This document shows positions 23,949 to 33,597 of a DNA stretch of 35,908 bases, in pieces. Made by a program: the position numbers and the translations under genes. The stretch lies in the NCBI RefSeq assembly GCF_000485595.1, contig NW_014577075.1, positions 1 to 35,908 on the forward strand. Reading direction: 5' to 3'. The notes below the pieces were generated by a model that saw only the letters and a program-made list of their open reading frames with translations, was not told the origin of the DNA and did not search any database. Numbering within the stretch: position 1 is the stretch's first letter; each line of letters starts with the position of its first letter. Source of the DNA: Priapulus caudatus. Its lineage: Eukaryota.

Positions 23949-26900
23949 CCGATTACATTACATCCCCTGCAACTCCGTTGCGCGGCGGTAATAACATAGC
24001 ACGTGCCATGCCAGTATTTCTTTACAGTTCTATAGCAGGGTCTTAATTTCATATCAAATCTGGTAATCCAAGGGGTATATTTCCTGCCAAAATTTGTTAC
24101 AGATTTGTTAGGATCATCACAAGTAAATCCATATTAATTCAGTAAGCAAGTTTCAGCAATTCAAAGTGTTTCCTATATCTGTAGTGTTCAAAAAGGAGAA
24201 ATTAAAGTCTGTATATTTATTTAAGGTGTTGCATTGAATATAGTAAGTTTTACTTCAAGATATTACATGTAAACCCATGGAAATAGAATTGAAGGTTTTT
24301 CAGTAGTGGTAATATCCATAGTAAAATAATGGCAGCAAGTTATTGCTGTAATAAGTATGTGTATACGATTTGTAAACAACTTCCCTTTGAGCTTCATTTA
24401 CGATTGCATGTATTTTTTATCTTATCCGTACAGATGCAGTCGTGGGTGGAGTCCAAACAGCTGCCTGGGCAGTTTGTGGGTAGCACCGGTGTATCCGTTC
24501 TTAGCCCCTCTCAGCTTGGCAACAACAATAGGACGTTCCAAGCATGGGCCAAAAAGGTAGGGAGCGATGATACACGTGTGTTTTTCATTCTCATACTAGT
24601 GTAACCCTTTAACTGCCATACATCACGTCAGGAGTTTATCAATATATTGGTAGACTCCTGATCACGTTTAGGGTTTACTGGTGGTTTGGGACCGCAAGCA
24701 GCTATAGGTTCATGTGGGAGTCATTGTCAGAGATTTGAGTTGGGTTGCACAGTGATCTGTAGCTAGCTATCTCACGTCCAAGAATACGACAGCGGTTACA
24801 TATATTTGTCTATGATTATTATAATCACATAGCTGAGATTGTCAGGCTAACGACTTACAAATCAAACATTAGCTATGAATTGCAGTCATTCACTAACATG
24901 GAACAGTAACTTATTCTGAATTTGTAGGTTTGTAAAATGCGAAGGATTGATTTGTTATTTTCGCATCTCTATAGATTTCGTTTTACTTTGTAATGTTTTT
25001 TTTTCAGGAGAGAGAATGAGATAATAAAATATATAATAAATATATACAGCTTTGTGTAAATAACAATAACAATAACAATGAGCTGTATGTTATGATCAGA
25101 GTGACTTAAGTTAGTAAGACAATTTAATCGGGGTGTGTGTGTGATTGCGTGCCTGCGTGTGTGTGTGTTTGTTGCAATGGGCGTGAGTGCGCGTGCGTGC
25201 GTGCGTGTGTGTGCGTGCGTGTGTGTGTTCATTGCGTACATCTGTGCGTGCGTGTGTGTGCAGCTTGTGTGTGTTCATTGCGTACATCTGTGCGTGCGTG
25301 TGTGTGCAGCTTGTGTGTGTTCATTGCGTACATCTGTGCGTGCAGATTGTGTGTGTTCATTGCGTGCATCTGTGTGCATCTGTGTGTGTGCGCGCATGCT
25401 TGCGTGCATACGTGCATGCATGAGTGTGCGTGCGTGCGTGCGTGAATGTGAGTGCATAGCTGGTGACACTTACTGCTGTCTTGCAGTATCTGACAGCCTT
25501 GGTCCACACCCGGCTTTCGGTTGGGTCGTGACAAGCTTGTCAGATTCTGCAGGACGTTACAAAAAGTTATCTCTACTTCTAGGTGACCAGGAGCAACGCT
25601 TGTCACTGTGCGCTACTGTAGCTGCACTCTTGCGGAGTGACAGGCAGGAGTGTATATATGGTTATTAAGATGAGAGTAGTATGCTTGGGTCCGCTGGCTC
25701 TAATATCAGGCAGATATAGAGAGGCAAGCGCCTTCCCATCAGAAAGGTTTATTAACATGTTTTGTCGAATTGACGAGGCATGATGCCCTTGCTTTATATT
25801 AAATGTGCTTTGTCCTGCCGAGTCAGTTAGTGGGTAATGACACGTAGACATTTGTGATTTTTGTGTGCAAAAGGTCAGTAATTACCTAGGGCATCACAAT
25901 ACCAGTATCTCGCAAGTTCCTGTATCTCTCATTTCGTGCCAGATCTAAATTAGACTAGGTGGGGAAGACTTCCATGTAGAATTGCAGCCTAGAGAACGTG
26001 TTTTGAAATGAGAAATTTGCATCTATTGTTAAAGCAGAGTATTTAAAATAGATGTACCATTGGGTGTGTGCCATGCCAATGTAATGCTTCAACTCTGAAT
26101 GATTTCACACATCCTTGAGACGTGGATCCGTTTCCTGTAATTGCTTGTGAATCTCAGGAGGAACTGTCTGACATTTTCCGCAAGCCAGCGGTAGTTGTGC
26201 ATGCAGAGTGAGCGGAGTGTGAGAGTTGCGATGAGAGCGTAATCGTGGTGTGAAGAAGTGGGCGGCTTGGCTTGCGGTAAATGCCCGACGTTCTGTGTTA
26301 ATCTAACACTGCAGCATGTTTTCATGTTGCGGAACACTGACGCAATCTCCCGCACGCAGGAAAACTCGTGCGGCTTGGCCCGTCGTCGTAAATCAACGAA
26401 CACACCCGACTCGGCACTTGCGCCTTCCCCCTACTCATGCTCTCTTTTGGTATATACTGCCCCTGGTTGTTGCCGTGGGAACAGCGTTGGAACCGCTGCT
26501 TGTTCCACGGCAATAAACAGGAGACTGGAGTCGGTATTCGGCATGAAAACATGTTGCAGGTATTGCGTCGCACTTCAAGAATCTTCAAGAGCGTTTGTGC
26601 GATGTTGATGCAAACGTAGGTGGGTATCACAGGAGAGTTCCACCGTTCTAGAACAGAATAGTATCGTGATGCCGAGATGGAAAACCGATTGTTCGGTTCG
26701 TATAAAAAAAAACTAGCGTTGAACGATGGTGTTGCTATAAAATGTATTCAGTAGTGCATTGTGTCTTCCAATTTCGATTTCCTGATCATGATTATTACGT
26801 ATACGCCCTGGCATCTTTCTTTTATTAATCTTATTCGTGTTGTTTGAGAAGCGAGCAAAGGTTCAGAAAGGTTTGTTGTGCCTCCGACTTGCCTTGTACT

Positions 26901-29764
26901 TGCCATACACTGAACCTTATGCATGACTTGCCTGCCAAAGAGGAATTTAGCTTTAAGATTTCTCGAGCACTTGTAGCATCTGAGAAAGAATGCTAGCATG
27001 TGCCGATGCTAGACAATATTTTGAATCCAAGTCAATCGTGTCTGATATGTGAATACATACGTTGAATCGGGGAAAAAATCAAAGAATGTTTGAGCCTTAC
27101 TGAGAAAATAGTGTGTATGCCTTTCATGACACTAACGTTTTGCATAGCAGTACAGCTTGGAAACAAATTATTGTAACTTCTGTAGGTCCACGTGGTTCTC
27201 AAGACCCTGGGCCATGTTTGCCTGCTCTTACCTTTGCCTCATTCAATTCTAGGACCAATTCCAGCAGGCTGCGCCATTAAGGGGCGGAATGGGGATGTAC
27301 CTGCTACAGAAAATGGGCTGGAAACAGGGTGAAGGACTTGGCAAGAACAAGAGTGGGAACCTAGAACCATTAGTGCTGGATGTTAAGACCGACCGAAGAG
27401 GTGTGATTTAATTCTGCATACAGCCAGTAGTAATTATTTTATATGATAAAATGGAATTAGGCGACATTATTCCAATATACGCATCAATAACATCTGTGCG
27501 TATGTCACATGAACACAGATTGCTAGTGCATTCACATGTACCATGGCTTCACGTACATATTGGCTACGATGAGTATCAGTACCAGTATGACTATATGTAA
27601 ACCTGTTCGTGGTACTGATGCTCATATTCAGAACTTTTGCTGTTTTTAGTATGGCACTGTTAGATTTCAACATAAATCTAACATCGTAATAGCATGTTTA
27701 ACTTAATAATTCTCTCTTTGCAAATCGTTAGGTTTGGTGGCACAGGAGGAGTCGGGTAGAAAGCATGGCAAGGCGTTCACCCCACCTGTACATTATGACT
27801 TGTCAGGTAAGCCCACTTACCTGAGTGTGAGAATAAATCCAATTTTCCATTTCGACTGCACATGCTTGCTAACCCCGTTTCGTAGCCAGGTTATAGATTT
27901 CTCTCAAGTCCTCGCTATGATGTAATAACATTGGGTAGAAAGCTGTTAAATTGACAATTTTCTCTTAAAATTAAACATTCCATGGTGACACTGTTATTGT
28001 TAACTGTGCAAACAGTTTGAATAAACTGGATTGGTAGTGAAGCAAGCACTGTTTAGCTTAAATAGCAAATATTACTAAACTATGATCGGTATTTTGTAGC
28101 CAAACAGTTCTAAAATGCATCCCACATTTCGAAATGGTAAATTGGCTTATAAGTGAGCGCAGTTGTTGGTGAGAGCAGCAACGATTTCTGTCATGATGCT
28201 ATCGGCACGACTAAATTAATGTCTGCACAATTCACGAATGCTGTTATAATCGGATCCATCATTGGAATTACAGGAGTCTGTTGTTTTGGTGTATAGCCTT
28301 TATCCGGGATGTGAAAGGGTATGCATTGATTCTAAACGCGATTTGTGTGCTACCTCAGGCAAGCATCCGGTATCAGCACTGACAGAACTCTGCACTAAAC
28401 GCAAATGGGGACAGCCAACTTGGGTTATGCACTTTGATGGAGGACCAGATCACAATAAAAACTTCCTGTTCAAGGTACAAGCTATTTTTAGATATCTAAA
28501 AGAACTCGCCTAAACAATTATCAATGACAGAGTTCCTGAGTGAACTGCTCATACAAGAGACTGATCTACCGGCATTCACCTTTTGAACTTTGCCTGATCT
28601 TTTTGATTGTATATGCAACACTGCCTGTTTATTTTATTTGTTTTAGGCACATGAGGTAAGTAATGCCGCTTTCACACTGGGGTTTATCCCGCTTCAGGTC
28701 CGGACCTGAAGCGGGATAAACCCCAGTATGAAAGATCGAAACACCCTTAGCCCGAGCTAAAGTTATCCCGCTCTAGGGGGTGGTCAGGTCCGCTTCAGAC
28801 CCGAGCTAACGTCAGTATGAAAAGGTATCTCGACTTTAGCTCGCTCCTAAATCCCGCCCCCCCCAATTCCACCATTTATACTGGGGGTATCCCAGCATCA
28901 GGTCCGGAACCTGAAGCGGATAACCCCAGTGTGAAGGTGAAAAACGCATAGCCGCGAGCTAAAGTGATTCGCACCTCATGCTAGGAGGTGGTCAAGAGTC
29001 TGCTGTCAGCACCCGAAGCTAAAACGTCAATATGAAAACGACTTATCCCGACCTAAAGTTATCCCGCTTCAGAAGCGGGCTAAAGTCGTTCGCAGTATGA
29101 AAGCGGCATTAGTGATATAATGGCCTATTGGTTAGTGGTAAAGAAGTGTGGCAGCTGGTTGCTAAACAAATTTCCAGTCATAAAACACAGACCTCATCTA
29201 CAAAGTCATTTACTTCTTCATCACACAACTGCTTCCTCTTCTTTTATGAAACCAATCTAGTTTATGGAATGTGGACGTACAGTAGCATGAATTTACATTA
29301 TCTACCCACCAATTTGGAATTGTATGATATATGGTGAATGCATGTGAACGTACGTGTTGGCACCTGTTGTAAGAAACATTATTGCCATATTATTAGTCTG
29401 ACTGTGTTTCCCGCGTGTTATCATAATACTATTAATTATTGTGGAACTACGATGTTTCTGACAACGCCCTGATGACAGAGACATGAAGATTATAGAGACG
29501 AATAAAATACTAGTGTGCCTACTGGAGTACTAGGGTACTACTAAGTGTCTACTGGAGACATACTGACAGAGAATTTAGTGAGAGTTTACAGCCGAAGGTG
29601 ATACATTACTGGTATCGCCGTCATCGTTGCAGGTCGTAGTGAACGGCATCGAATATCAGCCGACCGTAGCAAGCCCAAACAAGAAGCATGCCAAGGCCCA
29701 AGCAGGCATGGTGTGTCTGCAGGCGCTGGGACTGCTTCCACGCAACGCGACGTTGCCTGTATGA
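18585..29764 (+). CDS. SON: Protein SON homologue (RS domain, G-patch, dsRNA-binding motif), 9 coding exons, about 1044 aa
   Basis: Exons: 18585-20508, 20836-20990, 21944-22294, 23545-23655, 24434-24556, 27253-27400, 27732-27806, 28359-28474, 29633-29764 (3135 nt, in frame, GT-AG). SON-like motifs: N-terminal DTIFSTFIAQKMKEIE, KKHKH tracts, RS region, FIHHPFKL, FPVSSGSQHRQKE, PGQFVGSTGV, G-patch GGMGMYLLQKMGWKQGEGLGKNKSGNLEP, dsRBM DLSGKHPVSALTELCTKRKW...NKKHAKAQAGMVCLQALG. Confidence 0.94.
18639..18758 (+). repeat. Coding 24-nt tandem repeat x5 at the SON N-terminus
   Basis: TEKMADKA MEKVADKA LEKMADKP TEKMADKA TEKVADKT. Confidence 0.9.
21135..21489. mobile_element. Non-autonomous hAT-like element with 5-bp TSD, in a SON intron
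   Basis: Imperfect TIR CAGGGGTAGAAATGAAC ... GTTAATTTTGCACCCTG; TSD ATATA at 21130-21134 and 21490-21494; internal GAGTCC/GGACTC subterminal motifs. Confidence 0.65.
22402..23003. mobile_element. Kolobok-like MITE, TTAA TSD
   Basis: TTAA|AGGGATACTAGACTCTAGG ... CCTAGAGTAAAGGATCCCT|TTAA, plus an internal inverted pair AAGTTGCGCA / TGCGCAACTT. Confidence 0.7.
23710..23994 (-). mobile_element. Helentron-associated (HINE/DINE-1-like) non-autonomous element
   Basis: Minus strand: 5' TTATTACCGCCGCG subterminal IR, (GT)n microsatellite, 3' CGCGGAGGTA partner, GCACTCTCCGTGAGTGC stem-loop and CTAGTT end. Confidence 0.75.
25130..25445. repeat. Compound (GT)n/(GCGT)n microsatellite with a ~45-bp higher-order unit
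   Basis: Repeated GTGTGTGTTCATTGCGTACATCTGTGCGTGC units. Confidence 0.9.
28647..28655 (+). other. Candidate 9-nt in-frame microexon (Ala-His-Glu) of SON
   Basis: ctgcctgtttattttatttgttttAG|GCACATGAG|GTAAGT: strong acceptor and perfect donor 9 nt apart within a phase-0 intron. Confidence 0.55.
28663..29109. mobile_element. Palindrome-rich MITE (PIF/Harbinger-like ends) in the last SON intron
   Basis: TA|ATGCCGCTTTCACACTG ... CAGTATGAAAGCGGCAT|TA; internal perfect palindrome 28678-28727 with a diverged second copy near 28880-28929. Confidence 0.8.
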
Positions 29765-30617
29765 AGACCACGGGGGAGACTCGCTCGAGGATGCCGCCCA
29801 TTGTGACGTACAGCCGATATTTGCGAGCATCATTTGTTGATTCTAATAACAACCGAGATTGCAGGGGGATGGAACCTCTAACACACGAGGCAATAGTGCC
29901 CGTCTTAAAGTCAGCAAGACACGAGTGGAATTTTGGTGTGAATGCTAGCTGACTCAATTTAGGTGCTCTGAACGTTTAAGCCCAGGAATCATGCACAGCT
30001 ATATACTAAATCACAATGTAGCATGTGTTTACCGTTGTTCACCAACGACAAGCAGTGTCGTACATGGATGTGCGTACACTGTCCCCAAATATCTGTTGAA
30101 GAGCATCATTGCCCTACTAACTCAAATTCCCTGTTGTCGTGAATAACCAACCCCGTGTGGGTGTGTGTATATATCATCAGCTTAAAGTAAAACTGATATA
30201 CTGTTTCTCAGTCGAGAAACGCGTGTAAACGGTTACCGTTAGTTTCACATCGTGCTCAAATGGAACATTGAACACTGTGAGGTCAGTGTATTTCCATAGG
30301 TGCCCCTGATAGTCAGTAATGTACTCATAGTGTGTATAGATACATAAATGTTTGTAAAGCCTTTGCTCGTCCTATCATTTTTATATAATATTCTAGTGTC
30401 TTGCTTTGTTTATACATTTTATGAATTCTAAGAATCTATTTGTGGTAAATATTTCAGCATTATGTGACGTTGGTGAATATTGACGAAATTGTTACAAAAA
30501 TTATGATTTAAGCCGTGATTACTTTCGGCTGTCATGCACGACTGCAGAATCTTACCAAGTGGAACATAGGAAGAGAGAACTAGAAAGAGAACGTGGAGCA
30601 GTTTGATGTGATAATTT

Positions 30618-30623
30618 AATAAA
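30618..30623 (+). terminator. Candidate polyadenylation signal of SON
   Basis: AATAAA about 850 nt downstream of the SON stop; an ATTAAA near 30763 is an alternative. Confidence 0.3.
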
Positions 30624-31901
30624 CGCACACTACGTGTTCCCAGGCTCAAGAAACAAATGCAGAGGCACATACGCATAGTTTCTTCTGTTGATTTCCTATC
30701 ATGTAACATGCAATACGTGTTATCGGTAGACTATAATTTGACGTGATATTAGCAGGTGTGACATTAAAGATATCTCTACTATGTCACTGCTCGTATTGTT
30801 CGTTGATTCGCGTTAAAGAAAGGAACGTTTATGTTCGAAATAGTTGCTCAAGTATGCAGTAAATATAATCTTGATTCTGTCAGTTGAACAGAATTTATAT
30901 TTGATGTAATGATGGTATTATTTGGTTTTCATATGACTTATTGAGGCATGAAGGTACTTGGGACATTAAAAAGACATTAATTAATAGGCACGAATGAATG
31001 CACTTACGGCATAAGAAAATGTGTTTAAGTTAAAAAGCATTATATTCTTTCATTTCGACAGTCATACCAGTTATCTGCATTAGCTAACAAATTTTTACAC
31101 ACATGTAAATATAATTCTATAAATGCGCTAAAATAGTCTGGTATTAAGTACAACTGTGCATCATTTTGCAGATTATATGTTGAATCTGATTGCCTCCAAC
31201 GTCAGTGGTAGAAAAAAGGTAGTTGTCGCTGAATGTAAATATGTACATTCCTGAAACTCCATGAGCCATATAACTATTACGTAAACCTATGACACCAACC
31301 AAATTCCTAGCTCCACATATGTAGCCCTTCTCTCCGTACACCTATAGCACAGCAAAGGGCTTCATAGACAGAGACAGGAGTGAACAAAGTTGTTTTCACT
31401 CACTTCTGCCAGAGGTGCAGACAAACCTTTCCTTCTCGTATTACAGCACCATTAAACAGCAAAACTGTATCTAAATAACAAAATGGCTTTCGTCCAGCAA
31501 CCCGTGTCCAACTCGCGCCAAATCTGAACATTCTTCAACAATTTCAAAGACCCGTTCCAGCTCGACAACATACAAACGTTCGACCGTTCGCTATCATGAC
31601 AGTAATATTAGTTGACCGAGAAATGAAGACGAGCACCTAGGGCGCTGGCAGCATCTATACGTGCGTGACCTCGGCCATGTGTCCCACACGCGACTCTCTT
31701 GCGAGAACACACATAGCCATGCTTATATTTGCATCCACTGTTCTCTACTACAATTATAAAGACGCATGAACAGTATAGAAACTTGCAAAACCGTTCTGCT
31801 GCCTCTTCCAGCTATCGAGCGGAATAGCCGGTCGAATTATACCTACATCAGAATTGATCGTTTCAAACGCATCGGAAGAGCGGTGGCTCTTGGAACGTCT
31901 G

Positions 31902-31902
<1 letters not shown>

Positions 31903-31933
<31 letters not shown>
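31903..31933. repeat. (TA)n microsatellite
   Basis: Direct observation. Confidence 0.9.
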
Positions 31934-31936
<3 letters not shown>

Positions 31937-33597
31937 AACTCGCAAATCAAACGAACAGACACGGTGTTCCGATGCGACGAGGAGCACGCACATACACATT
32001 TCATCAACTCTCTACACTACAGCTGTCACGCGGATAGACTCCGGCCTCATCTCCTCACTTCCTTAACAGATACGACTGTTACTAAAGCGAAGGGACAGGT
32101 AAGCAATGTGTCACAAACAATCAGAAATACGTACGTGCCCCAACGGTCTTCGACAACCGACCGCACACTCGGTATACGTTGGGCAATTCCGTACCTACAT
32201 CCAACGTTAGATGAAGAGTAGGATACTGAGAGACGCATTTTATATAATCCACTTCTGGTCAGATGTAGGTAGAGAATGAGTCAATGTATGTCGTAGCTGT
32301 GGCATTTGAAGAGATGAGAGGTCAGCTACTAGAGGACACACCCAGCTAGAGATTAATGCACAAGGACTACCAATATTAGAACCATCACTACTCTCTAGGT
32401 CACTACAATATACACTAGATATCCATACCATATCTATGGACAGTTGTCTCGTAAGTCTAGATAAGAGTGGGCGGGCATAGACCTAGCCGAAGAACTATTC
32501 TAGAAGGTCCCTAGGGGTACGGGAGGTTCCACTATTGCTGGTGTTAAGTATGTAGGTGAAAGAAGAACAATACTACATACTCAAGCCTGTGGCATGACAC
32601 ACAGGCTGAAGGCAACCACTGGCAGTGGAATGTCAGAAGTTAGCCCCCCCCACGCTCACGCGGCAGCACATCTAGATATCTAACGGCGTTATATAACGTG
32701 GTCATAATACAGATGTGCTGTAGCGTGAGTGTGGTGGACTGACTTGATCCTGCTGTCAGTGAAGGCAACAACTGCTGCTATAACAGAAGATCGGAAGTAA
32801 GTGCTGTCAGTGTGATGTTCAGTAAACCACAAGTAAAAATAGCACAAGAATAAGTGCTAAACGTGGCTACTAGTAATATTAACTATTACAACTACTAGTA
32901 AAAATATTCTGTGAGCAAATATGTTTTAAAAGCAAGAACGCAGTTTTTACAGCTAAATTGCAGCAATAACATAGTTACACGTATCTGGCATCATTTTTAC
33001 AAAATAATAAAACGGTACACGACTCTATATTCAATTGCACAACGTCTCCAGAAACTTGCACAATAGAGATACATCTTTTCGCTGTTGCCACCATTACAAC
33101 CATTTAATGAATTTTCCGCATAGGTTTTGGGGTAATAGAGCATGACACTGAAATTCCACAAAAAACACGTTTAAATCCATAGAAACATACTAGATGGGCT
33201 ACCTAGTATATTATTTATATGATAAAATCTGTCACAGACTTATGAGTATTCTCCCTGTCATAGCTTTCAGTCACACTAAGTGCTGTACAAATTAATTAAA
33301 GGTCAACAATTATTGTATCCACATCCACTATATAACATGTTACGTTCCACATAAAATCTCGTGCACCTCATTTTCTCATGCATAGAGCGTGCTATAGGAA
33401 ACTTCTCTGCTATGACCACGACAACTTTTGCCCCCCCCCCTATTGGCTATATATCATGACAACTCGTATGAACGGCCACCCAGCTTCGTGTAAACAACGC
33501 TGCACGTGTGACACGCTGGTTCTCTCAGCGCCCCGGACGAAATGCCAACGTATGATCCAGCGACGGACTCTCTCGGTCGCGTTCTCTTCCGGACTGC

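Noticed and set aside
24969..25668. Cys/Val-rich ORFs in a SON intron
   Set aside because: Translations of the compound GT microsatellite.
29469..29570. CTGATGA...CTGA resembling a C/D snoRNA or hammerhead core
   Set aside because: Box C is imperfect, there is no convincing terminal stem or GAAA-closed helices, and the interior is a short local duplication.
31754..32431. ORFs of 60-150 aa between SON and the EGF-TM gene
   Set aside because: They cross a (TA)n repeat, show no recognisable domain and probably lie in the 3' UTR of the minus-strand gene.
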